NCBI GenBank assembly: GCA_964035545.1
Contig: OZ037766.1
Location: forward strand, 16,048,722 to 16,112,721
Reading direction: 5' to 3'
Source of the DNA: Bugula neritina
Lineage: Eukaryota; Animalia; Bryozoa
Length of the DNA: 64,000 nucleotides
Shown: piece after piece, positions 12,865 to 25,500 of the stretch
How positions within the stretch are numbered: the stretch's first letter is position 1
Layout: the number at the start of each line of letters is the position of its first letter
The notes under the pieces: generated by a model
What the model was told of the DNA's origin: nothing
Seen by the model: the letters and a program-made list of their open reading frames with translations, nothing else
The model's database searches: none
Position numbers and translations under genes: made by a program

Positions 12865-14046
12865 ATTCTATTTTTACTGTTTGGAAGTTGAAGAGAGACT
12901 TTATGTAATGCTAAGTCTACAAACAACAAATACTGTATATAATTTTATACCGGCATAATTATTTCATATGTAATTATACATGTTGGCAAATTCAGTCACT
13001 TCAGTTTACCCTAAAATGGCATGGGGATAAATTTGTAGGTTTTTGAGAGAGTTATAAGTTCTAAGGGATTAAAATAACAAGAGAAGTGTTTCTCCTTAAG
13101 CTAAACAAATCAACTGTAAGTTCTTGTACTAATGAAAAGTTTTAATATATTGCAGCTAAAATAGAGTAACTGTCAATCTACCCTCCGTAAAAAAATAAAT
13201 TTCAATAATAATAGCTTATTTCATGAAAAATGTATAGTTTTATTTTTCATTTGAGAGGTCTTCTGCCACATAGCCCTTGAAGTATGTACTTTTAATCAGC
13301 ATAAGGTTTGTACACTGTAAAAATATATTCTACAGCATAGAAGGAGAAGAATTCTCAAACAAATATAATCTAGGTAATATTCAATCTTATATAACTCCTT
13401 TGGCTTACTCTTGCACAGAATTTATTTGTTTTACTTCTATAATTTGTATCATATTTATTCAAAGTATAAAACCAATAAGTCCTTTGCAATCTCTGATGAT
13501 ATAAAAGAGTGTCATATAGGAAATAATTTAGAAAATAGTAATTTCAAAAAATATAAATAATGTATTGAGACACCAATTTAAATGAAGCAACAATAATTCT
13601 TGATAGATCTCTTTTATATCCATATCCACAATAATATTTAATTAATGTTATGATAGACAGTATGCACAGTTTTGTATCTATTTATTCAGCATTACATAAC
13701 TTTTTTGAACAAAAAAATATTGAATTTGACTTTTCACTTTGCTGTTATGATTGTAGAATTTTCCATCAGCACATGACCAATATATCATCGTATGCATAAT
13801 TAGGAATATCAACAGATGTCATAATTTAAATGAGTTTTGTATGTAATAACATATATATTTTGTATATCATTTTTTATGTTGAATATTACTCATTTAATAT
13901 GGCTTGCTGCATGTCTTTTTCACCTATTCTCACCTATCTTCACTTTGTCCTGCTCGGGTAACGGGTTGTTGCATGTTTTTTGTCTATATTACATTTGTTA
14001 TTTAAAAAGTGGACTGTCTAAATATTATAATAATAGGTAATAATGT

Positions 14047-14098
14047 TTTTGCTTGATACCAATCCAATGTCATACTATGACATTGGTACCAAGCAAAA
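14047..14098. repeat. Near-perfect palindrome/hairpin
   Basis: TTTTGCTTGATA[CCAAT]CCAATGTCATA-C-TATGACATTGGTACCAAGCAAAA. Confidence 0.8.
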
Positions 14099-14179
14099 CC
14101 ACATATTATCATTATGTGTCATTGTTAATGATAGTTCACTATTACATATTTCCTAGGTGATTGTAAACTTTCTGCTTAC

Positions 14180-14390
14180 CACTAAGCTAATCGTGAACCA
14201 TTCCAGATGGTAACTCCTTTTATATAAGCTATTGAGCTATTTCAAACTATCAAGCATAGCGTAAGTTATGAAAAAAATGATCAAGAAAATTGATTGAGGC
14301 GAACGTCATCACATTTGTTGCAATTAAGTAGTTTCACTTCATACAAACAAGTGAGGTTTCACTTTCGTTTACGCCGTGCTCTTATGGTAA
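14180..14390. promoter_or_regulatory. Probable bidirectional promoter (FAM241-like on -, annexin on +)
   Basis: A minus-strand donor (GTAAG, 14179-14175) and a plus-strand donor (14387) face outward about 210 bp apart. A CRE-like ACGTCA (~14303) and local CpGs lie between them. Inferred. Confidence 0.45.
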
Positions 14391-14640
14391 AGAGGTTAAA
14401 TTATGCAGGAAGAAGCTCTAGCAATAATAATTAGTTGCAATCATAGTTATTATAGTTGATAATTTATAAATATATGCATATTCATATTGATATTAATATT
14501 CGTTGGTAAGCTTTACTGTAAACGGTAAAGCTATAAATAATAATATATGACTGCTGTTGATAAAATGCTTTCATGATTATCATTATGACTCTGTATTTGA
14601 TATTCATATTATACTTGTAGATCTTATTCTTATCACTTAT

Positions 14641-14915
14641 CAGTTATACTTATACGTATACTTATACTTATAGTTATAGTTATAGTTATTGACTTATAAT
14701 TTGTAAATTAGAATATTAATTATACTTATAATTGTAGTTGTAGCTGAACTTAAAGTCAAAGTTAATGTTACAGTTAGGCTTATAGTCTAAGAGACTTTAA
14801 TTACCAACATATATACTTATAGTATTACTTATAGTTATACTCATCCTTATAGAGTTATAGTAATAACTTATACTATAACTATAAGTATAAGTTATAGTTA
14901 TACTTATAGTTATAA
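14641..14915 (+). repeat. TTATA(C/G) hexamer arrays in the annexin 5' intron
   Basis: e.g. ttatacttatacgtatacttatacttatagttatagttatagttatt and tataagttatagttatacttatagttata. Confidence 0.75.
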
Positions 14916-16545
14916 TATTAATTAAAGTTGATGTTTATGTTGTTAATGATAATATTTATATTATTATTAACATAATCAGTTTTTGATATTGATTATTGTT
15001 ATTATCATTATAATAATCCAAGTCAAAGTTTCAGTTCTGTTTGATCATTGTCATTATGATTTAGAAGTTTATCATTTTTGCTTTTTATCAGTTCGAACCT
15101 ATTCAGCTATTGAATACATGTTTACTATAACTAATATTATCATTTTTAGTTTTATTACAATCTTAGTTTACTAATACTAATACTAATAGTAATAGTTATT
15201 GTTATAATAACCTCAGGCTCAAGTGAATCAAATTAAAATTTATTTATTTTTAAGGTTTGGTACTGACAGTAGTATAAATAATATTATTATTATGATAGCA
15301 GTTAAGCTTTATGTTCTAATTGTGTACATTTTCATGAACTAATTTTCTTTAATTTACTTGTAGTACACTCAACAATTTAAATTGATTGTTGAAATAGTGT
15401 TTTTTTAAGATATGGCAGCTTTCGATGCATGAATTTTGTTCATCTTTATAAAGCATCGTGATATGCCCTATATATCAAATGTAATTGGATTTTAAGGCCA
15501 TTATTTCCAAGGCTATTATTTCCGAAAGGATTTTTAGGTGGGGTTAAAGTTGAATAGTAAATTTACTAAAAATGATGCCATGTATATGATGCAACACAGA
15601 ATATGAAAAATTCAAATGTAAACACTAACTTTTTTGTATCTTTAAAATGTTTTTGTTTCTTTTGACATTATTTTATTATTTATTGATACATACTACATAG
15701 TACTGTAAATTTTTTGATGAAGTAAATTATGAAGGAGCTTTAAATTGGGGGCTTGACCAAATGTAAGATTCAATAGGTTATAATACAATCATTATTACAA
15801 TCTATCTCAATAGCACATTTGTAATGTTACTGCCAGCTCTGAGCTAACATACTTGTGCGTTACATTGGATGAAAAGTGGTATGCAAGAGTGACATCTATA
15901 GTAAATATGGTAGTGATATCTGAAATGATTAATCTCTAAAGACTTAGCTTTTTTACAGCTTACTGAATTGTGGAATGGTACAAATTCAATTTTAGTTCAA
16001 ATCATATGAATACATCAGTAATCATTTTATTATATTATTGAAAAACAGTGTTTAATAAGTTGTTTAACCTAGCATTTATGTTTATTTTATGTTGAACATG
16101 GTCTATTGTGAATAAAAAGCTTTTTTATGTGAAGTCTCATTTCTATTCAGGTATACAAAGTAAAAAAACTAATCATTTGTTAAGTATTTTTTTCATTGTA
16201 ATTTCCCTCAAACACCATCCTAAAGATTTTGACGTTTTTATTAGCATTTCCATTTCAAATAGGCGATATGCTTTGATGACAATCTATAAATAACAATCAT
16301 CTCTTTATTTACTATATCACGGGCTTAGTGTTTCAATGTTGCGTAATTGTTGGTATAAATCAATATGATAACATCAATAATTGTTATTTAACCATACTTT
16401 TTGTACAATTATGTTGAATTTGTAGCATGTCATGTTGTGTTGTGTATATGTATTAGCAGTCATACTAATTTGCCTATATCGTCAACAGCAATCAGTGACT
16501 GTTACTGATATAAATGCCTTTTATTTCTCTTTATACAAATAGAAG

Positions 16546-19500
16546 ATGGGTAGAAGTAGCAGCAGTAGCAGCTCTTCAGACTCCTCTGATGATGAAAGGA
16601 AGAGATACAAGAAAGAGCAGAAGAGGTTGAGAAAAATTGTAAGTGTTGACACTTCAACTTTCAGTATGTGAATAGTTTTCAATAGCAACAAAAGCAGCTT
16701 TATATCTCTCATTATTTTACTTACAACTTTGTATACTAAATACTTATTGTACTTAAAGATTGCCTACTTTGATATTTTTTAGTTTGTTCTATTTTATTTG
16801 ATATTCCGTATTACTGATCAGCCATTGAATATTTTATAGTGTGTCTTGTTACAATCAGTATTTTTTAGTTCTTTTAGTTAATTCTTGCTCAGTTACTTTT
16901 TTAAATAAACTATTCATTAAAATTCATAATGTTTGTGCAGGTTCTATCATTCCTACACCCTGATGAACTCAAATCAATTGAATAGTATCCATATAGATAG
17001 ATAGTAACGTCACATAGTCCATATGTTTGTAAGATTCATGTAACACTGTTGTAGCAAAAGTATGGCCCTGGGTACTATGATAATAAGCCCAAGAAACACC
17101 ACAAGAAAGATAAACACAACCAGTATTCTGTGGTGAGTTTGCTGTCAAACAGTGAGTTGCATTTCAACCTGTATTGGGCTTTGAATATAAGCTCTCTTTT
17201 CCATTATTTAACTTTTTCTTGATGTAAGAAGCGCTCTGCAGTGCACAGCCTTATATCTCTAGTATCTTTTATGTGTAAGCAAGATTGTTAGTAAAGTTCT
17301 GTAAAACTGTGTTTGCCTGAATGCTGAGTATCAATATGTATTATTTGATGATGCAGCTCCTGGAAATGATGAAATTCTGTGTAGCAACTACTTGCAATAA
17401 TTTCCTGTTCCCTCAAATAGTTTTAGATGATAATATTATGCTAGTCAAAACGTATAAAACATAAATATGACTGATTGATTGATTTATGATAGTGAGCTAG
17501 CAACCATACCAGCATAATAATTGCCTGTGCTAACTCTAGTACTCTGTAGTGCAAGAACAAATGTGGTTGATTTTTCATTACTATTTGTTGTTTATCAGAA
17601 AAGTAATTATAGACACCTATATATAATTATTGTTAGTACATGATTATATAAAAGCTCTCTAAAATTTGGTAAAGAATTAATTATTTAAAATTTTCTTTTT
17701 AAGTTTTCTCCCTTTCCTTTAAACAGATGAAAATTGTTGACTTATTACACTAGCAATGAAAACATAATGACCAGAAGTTTTAGGAGTTGTATACATTTAT
17801 AACAGTTTCAAAAGTCGTCTTATTCCAACACTTCATTGTGGTTTTCTCAATTGGTATGTCACTTTGCACTTTAAAATAAGAGGCATAAATTTGATATAAA
17901 AATGTAAGGCCATGCTGCTTAAGTTACTCATAACAACACAAGTGCTTCTTGGTATTGTTATGTAATTCAATCCTTTGTGTTACTAATAGTATATAGACCA
18001 CAGTTCTAGACCCCAAAAAGTCATCTAATCAATTTATTTCATGACCTGTGGTTTGCTGCAAAACAAGAGCAAAAATATTTTTTGTTTCTATCACAGAAAC
18101 TTTGGGTAGGAAAATTTTACAGAAATGCTAAGTTATTTTTCATAAGCATGTTTAAACTTTAAAAAGCTTAAAAAAGAGTGAAAATTGATCTTTAGTTTTA
18201 TTTACTTAGAAATTCTATCAAATAATGTGTGACATTGTGTAGAAATATTGTAAAGAAATATTGTAAAATGATATACTGTAACTCAGTAAGCTGTACATCT
18301 TTTCCTAATGGCATGATGGCTATCAAGTAAACCTGTGTGCTATTTCTATTGCATTTAGTGGGCTCTAACTTGATTATTGTCTGAAAAAAATGTACGTATT
18401 TTTTGTATTGTTTTGATTTGCTTATTCTACGCTTATTCTTAAATTTCATGGGTTTTATTATACTGTTATATATTATTTTTATTTTGTGTTCAAGTGTTAG
18501 ATTGTATTAAATTAAATTGTTGCTTCAAAACTGGAGTGAATTTGTTAACAGAACTAATCGTAATTTTGTGTGCTTCAGCCCGGCCAGTTTTCTGTTGGAC
18601 ATGGACCTAGCAACCCATATGCTGCTGCATACCCCCCTGCACCTGGTGGATATCCTAGTCAACCTGGATATCCCCCTCAAGGTGGTGCATATCCTCCAGC
18701 ACCAGGAGCTTACCCTCCTTCGGGGTCTGGTCCTCAAGGGTATCCTCCCTCAGGCTACCCTGGTGGAGGTGTGTATAATAAACTACATGTCGACATAATG
18801 ATTGTGGGAGTAGTCTTCTCAACTGATTTGTATTCCTAAAATCTAATCTAATTAATTATATATTTTTGCTAGCAAAATATTTGTTAAATAAATAATGTTA
18901 TGGCTAATTTTCCTTAAATGATCAAGGCAGTTGGTCTATAGAATAATCTAGATAATGATATATTCAGTTCCATGTGCTTTTCTAATGCAACATGTATAGA
19001 ATCAATTAGTTATTGTAACTTATAACAATCAATTACTCGTCATTTGCTAGATGACAAAAAAGGTTTTAATATTAGTCAATGTTATTTTAGAATGGTAACT
19101 TGTACATCTATTATAGTTCGCTCATCTTAATCTAATGTGGCAAACATCTTAATCGCCAATAAAGATGATAGGTGCTAATGCTTATAATTAGCCCTATTGG
19201 GCTGTGTATAGAATACATGTTATACAGTTTCCTATCTTCAATAGCAACCATTTATTTGATGATAAGATATCATATGTGTTGGTGCTTGTACTCATGAAAT
19301 CTATTTATATTGCAATAAGCTACATTTTATTACTTGGTATTTTATAGACCATTTGTAAAGGAGCTAACCAGGTTTTAGTAACGTCTTCAAGATCTAGCTT
19401 AGCATTGATACCTGAGTTACAATATGTTTGCTATTCCAATGGCATTGTAGTAGAATTATTAGTACATGAAATATAATTATGATGCATTTCAGCAGATAAT

Positions 19501-22500
19501 TATACTACTATTTTCCAAATAAATAGAAAATTTAAGGTTAGCCACATTATTATGCAGATGCACGTTTCTGTGAGTTGTGTTCTCATGTTCGAGTCGCTCG
19601 CGACGTTTTGATGACACATTGAATCGCAGCTTCCGGAACCTTAGCAAAGCTGACACATCTAAGAATAATTGCAATTAAACCCTGTGATTGCACTTTGAAA
19701 TTTTTAGGAATATCTGTTGTGTCAGATGTTGATGGCTAACCATAGTTGCTCATGGCCTTCTAGAGTCTAGAATCTAGAACCTAGATGGTATAATTAAGGA
19801 TATTTAAGAATTATCTACCCTTTAGTGCATTTATTATGATTAGACAATTCTGACTGTGATATCAACAGCATTAAAATTCGGCACAAACACTGAATTAGCA
19901 ACAACCTTTTGTTCAGACTATTTTCAAAGTGCATTTCAATGATAAAATGTTTTTGTTACTAAGATTTTACAGTCTTGATCTATTTACCTTTTTGTTTAAA
20001 ACCTGCGTTTGCACCAGATTTACAATGAAACTGCATAGTTATCTAGTTTTATTTCTTTCTCTAGCCCCTGGAGCTGGACCATTCACAGCCCCTGGACAAT
20101 ATCCACCTGGCCAAGGTTTTCCAACACCTGGTAAGATTTCAGCTTCTCACAGTCTTCAATCTTTTTGGTTGACAATGACTATAATCGAATAACCTTTCCA
20201 ACTGCCTCTTGTTAAATTCAGTTCTGCTATAATTTTTTTTAAATGTTGGTCTGAAAATCTAGCTCTATATGAATATCTGTAACATACTCCTTGTGCTGGT
20301 AAAGGTTTTCTCTTTTAATTGCCATCTTTGAAATGTTATGGTGTTGCTGGGGTTGAAAATAATGACCATTTGCCGTATATCCCAACACTATGGCCAGTTT
20401 TACATTTCCTTCAGCATAAGAAAGACAACTTCCTAACCAATTTACTGTTGCCACTATTCTCACAGTTCTCAATTATTGTTAAAAAATATCTATTCAATGC
20501 TTTTTTTAAAATATATGTATAATGTATGCTAAATAAGTGTAACATATCTAATTATAATAGTTTTAAGTTAATAATAAGCAATTATTTAAATGAAGCAATT
20601 ACAACAAGTACACACCTATCAATTATATACCTACACTTCAATTATACAGACTAGACTCTAAGTTTAGACCTAGTTCTCTACAAATAAGCTAAGCAGCATT
20701 TTAAAAAATTACAGCAGCAGCCATAAAGCAGGGGTTTAGCTAATTTTTCCTGAAATGCCACTACAAGCCTATGAGTGTGTATAATTAATATGCTCTTCAT
20801 CTTTAAACTTGACGAAAAATTATACATAATTTGTAATTTAACAGCCTGAGTAAAAATGTACAAGTTTTAGAAACATTTATAAGTCAAGCATTTGTAATGA
20901 GAGAAGGCAACTCTTCATTTTTAATTATTGAAATGCGTATTGTAATTGTTTTACATTGAAACTGATTAGAAAGTTTTTGAAACAAGGTTTATGCATTAAC
21001 ACACTATTTCAAATTTGTTATGTTTTTTTACTTTTTTTTAAAACATGCATTTTTAGTTAGCTTTCAAGTGCTCATATAATTTAAGGGTTACTTACCATGC
21101 ACAATTCATGTTTTTATTACCATTTATGCCACTTGTTATACTGTTGATTTCAAATATAAGGTGTGAAAACATCTAGCTCTACCACTTTGCACAGGAACTG
21201 TGTTTCATAAAAAGTTATGCGCTGATCTGACATGAAACACATGGACACTAAACTTTGGCTAGTAAATAGCTTTCACATCAGAGCTAAAGTTTTTGGGTTG
21301 TAGGAGTTGGCCTACCTTCAGCTTATCCTGGGGGAGCTCCACCACCCATAAGTTATCCTGGGGGAGCCCCACCACCAATAAGTTATCCTGGGGGAGCCCC
21401 ACCACCACGTGGATACCCCCAGTATGGATCTGGATATCCTCATTGAACTCTAACAACTTTTATTAACCTGCTAAAGTTTTTTGCTTACTGCTCTTCCTAA
21501 CCCCTTCCTCTTCAATTTTTAATTCCATGTCCTGTCTAGTTGTCTCCCATTTGCTTCAAGTGCCAGTTGTTGATTATATGCTAATTTCATTAACCCTAGT
21601 CATCAATAAAGTGGTGAACTCACTTTTTGTCTTTCCTACAGCAATAGTTAATTTATTAACAACTATTTTTAAATTTTTATAATATTTTTGCTTTCTTTTC
21701 TGTAATAAACAAATTCAAAATCTTGAGATCCGGTTTGTTTTTTCTTATTTTACATTTATTTAGTATGTTCGGCATATTTATGTACTTGTTTACTTCACAT
21801 CCATAAGATCGGCTTGTTCACAGAATTTAAGCTGGAGGAGTGGTTGATAACTGATGAATAACTCTGCTGTTAGCACAATGAAAGTTCAGCAAATTCTGCA
21901 ACTAAACTGGATTAAACATATACTAATAGCTGGCACACACAAAGTCTATTTCACCGGGATATAGTCATGGGTTTTTGGAACAATCTGGAAAGTTTAGCTT
22001 TTGAAAGACTATTTTCTCGAGTCTGGTTATGGTACAACTTATCGTAGATTTCGAACTCTGTGAATATGATTGGCTGAATGTAACCGTTGGCAGGTTCTGC
22101 TTTCAACCCTTGCAGACACATTTCAACAGTATGTTCTAGCTTCAAAACCTCCATTCTATTGTGATGAGATAGGCCTTGTATGTGCCAGCTATAGCCTACA
22201 CAAGTTTTCTAATACTGTAAAAACTACTCTTGCATTGTTATAGTGTCTGTCAATTTACAAAGTAGATTTTGCTCCATGCTTTATGTTGCCTTGAATGAAA
22301 ATTCAATTATTGCAATACAATTTATTTAAACCTCTTTTACTCTTGTCATGTGCAGTGTATCTGTTAACAGCGGAAACATTTTTACTTGTCAGCTTTGTAA
22401 TACCTGTGTTTACATCCTTTAGTGTTTATCTGCAGGAGGTGGATCTGATATTGGGTTTGGAGGACCTCCAGGGGTAGCACCTGGTGGATTTTCTGTTCCT

Positions 22501-25500
22501 CCACAGTCTAGCTATGGAGCTCCACCATCTGGTCCTCCTAGTGGCATGGGGTTTGACTCTGGATATCCTGCCCAACCTGGTGGTTCTTATCCTCCAGCAC
22601 CAGGTGCTTTCCCACCCTCAGCAGGTATTCACTGCATTATCAGCATTTTATTATAATGACTAAATTATTAGTGCTAACGTGTCTCATCTGTCTACATTCA
22701 GGTCTACCACTTTTTTCTAAAAATACATTTTAATTAAAGATGGATCATATACTCTTTCTTTAAAAATACCAATATCTGTATATGTGTGATATTCTAATAC
22801 AATTATGAAAGACTAGGTGTGGTCTAAAGTACAAGAATTACTACATGGAATAATTCTGAGGATGGTTAGGCATGTCTGCTAGTATGAGTAGGAGTTTATC
22901 CTACTCCCTGTGTTAAAGTTCAAGTATTTAAAAATTGTATAAGTCTGCAGCTGAACGTACAGACTAAAGGAATGTTTCAAACATCCATTATGAAAGCTTG
23001 TAATATGATTTCTTTATTGAAAGATTTCTATGCACCCATTATATAAGCGCCTGACAATAAACATTTGAAGTTTTGTTCCCATCTTTAAAGAGTACAACTG
23101 AATCCGAAGGTTATTTTATCTATTATCTTCTAACACAAACATTGTCAAGACAAGAGGCACAATTAATTACATTTGGAATTAGGATTTTTCGCTTATTCAC
23201 GAGTGATGAGAGTTCTATCAGAGTTTTTTCTATCACTAAATTCCATCCAGATACTTCGCTGCCGGTTCTGGTTTGTGTAAACTCATGACATCACGAGGTA
23301 GCCAAGTCAGCCTCATGCAGCTATAGTATTTGTTTATTTAAATTAATCTGACATTGTTCTAATCTACATTCAATGAGCTAATACGTCTCATTAACAGTAG
23401 CTTTTGGCCAGATAAAACATGTACCTCTTTCTCCATAAACAATTTCGGAGAGCTCTGTTTATGCTAAGACGTATTGTGAAATGCTGGCATTGACGTGCGT
23501 TACAGTCGTCAGTATTTGAAAACTTTTAAAATGTAATCATTGGAAGAGCCAAAGAATACGCTGTCCATGCAAAGTTTTACCAAGCCACTTGATATTCAGA
23601 GTATGCTGTCTTGTATTGTGTTCCAATTTTTCTTGTTGGAGTAACAACTGTTTAGATGTTGTATTTTACTGCTGGCATGAATTGATGGTAAAAGTTGACG
23701 TTGAAAACATGTTTGGTTTGGACAGTTATGTAGTATTTAGGAGAAACTGCATAATTAAAATTGTTTGTGTTAAACAGAAAGATTCTTGTAGGTAATCAGC
23801 ATTTGCAAAAAACTGATAGTTATAGAATCATGCGATCCGATTCTTTCAACCTGTATTTTTTATTTCTTGGCCTTAGATCTTAAGCATTTGGTTATGCAGT
23901 GCTCTTTTGTTAATTGGGAGATTTGGTTAATATCAGATAAAAGAAACATAACATATATAAGAAAAGATAACTGTTGTTTAGAAATCAAAAGTGAAATTAG
24001 ATATTTCCAAAAAAGCTTAGATATGGTTGAATATAGTGCAGCATTTTGACAGTGTCAAGCAATACTTAATTTAAAATTTGTTGAGAAAATAGAATCTTCT
24101 TATAACCAATACAATAGAATTTTTCTCAGCTTTTTGATTATTTAGTATTATATTTGCATTGCACTTTGTAATTTGGTGTTATATGAAAACTTTTTTTAAT
24201 GACAGCCTATGCAAAGTTATAGAAACACATGTATAGAAAAATGAGCATAAACTATTGAGTTAAGCATAGAAAAATATATAACCTACTATTAAGGTTACCT
24301 ATAATATATGTGTTTCAAAGGTGGGCCTCCTGGTGGATATGGTGCACCTGGCAGTTACCAGCCACCACCAGCAGCCCCTGTAGCTTATCAACCACCACCA
24401 GTTCAGGGCGGCTACCAACAACAGCCACCCCCTCAAGGCGGTTACCAACAACCACCCCCTCAAGGCGGCTACCAACAGCCACCCCCTCAAGGCGGCTACC
24501 AACAACAGCCACCCCCTCAAGGCGGCTACCAACAACAGCCACCCCCTCAAGGCGGTTATCAACAACCACCACCAGTTCAAGGTCAACAACCAAGTGGAGG
24601 CTATCAACAGCCACCAAAGCAACAATCGGTACTTAAATTATTTTTGATTAGCATTTGAACATAAACATCGGAGTTATTCCCACATCAATTTGGCTGAAGT
24701 TCAACAGTTGCGTGTTTTCACACCCGTAGTTGAACATGGCAGCAAGATATTTTTAAAAATCAATTTTTGCTCATCTATAAAAGATGTCTCAGCTTCTGCT
24801 AGCACCAATATGTCTTCCTGTCATAAATTTGAAATTGTTTTTAGGGAACGGCAGCTCTGGCCAAGGACTTCTCCAAAATGGCTACCATGGGTACTGCTGA
24901 AAAGTTTCAGGGCACTATTAAGCCTGCCCATCCATTTAATGCTGAGCAAGACTGTGAGATCCTCCGTAAAGCAATGAAAGGAATGGGTATGAGATATTGT
25001 TGGGCCAGAATATTGTGTATCCCAAGTATTTGGAGTATGCCAGTGTATTTCTTGTTTTTATGATTTAAATCCTCTGATTATATAATAATTTAACATGTTT
25101 TGCTTAGCATCAGTTTCAATGAGATGTAAAAACATGATACTAATGCATATTCCCGAAATACCTTCCACATAGTAGCATTACTCATGATACTTGAAACTGA
25201 AAAAGCTGAAACATAGACACAGGTCCAACTTTTCACAGACTAGTATAAGATATTTTGCTTAAAATTAGTATATAGAATGTATTCACCATGTTATGTCATT
25301 TCTAGGCACTGATGAACAAGCTATCATTGATATTGTGAGAAACAGATCTAATGTTCAACGACAGCAAATAAAGAAGCTTTTTAAAACTATGTATGGCAAG
25401 GTAAGATGATCAGCTACAAGTTTGTAGTATTGCTAGAACTTGATGCAGTGTCGAAATACTTTTTGGTGCATGCTGGAATATTCTATGACCTATGTTATAA

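Noticed and set aside
13409-13492. Candidate intermediate exon for the FAM241-like gene (minus strand, GTAAGC donor)
   Set aside because: Restoring the frame would need an unusual GAG acceptor, and the sequence looks non-coding.
21444-21446. TGA as selenocysteine or readthrough codon
   Set aside because: An in-frame TAA follows within three codons and no SECIS-like structure was evident.
24299-24636. ORFs on the minus strand and in alternative frames (LLVAALRGW repeats, TTATPSRRL repeats)
   Set aside because: Shadows of the annexin PPPQGGYQQ coding repeat, with no independent splice or start context.
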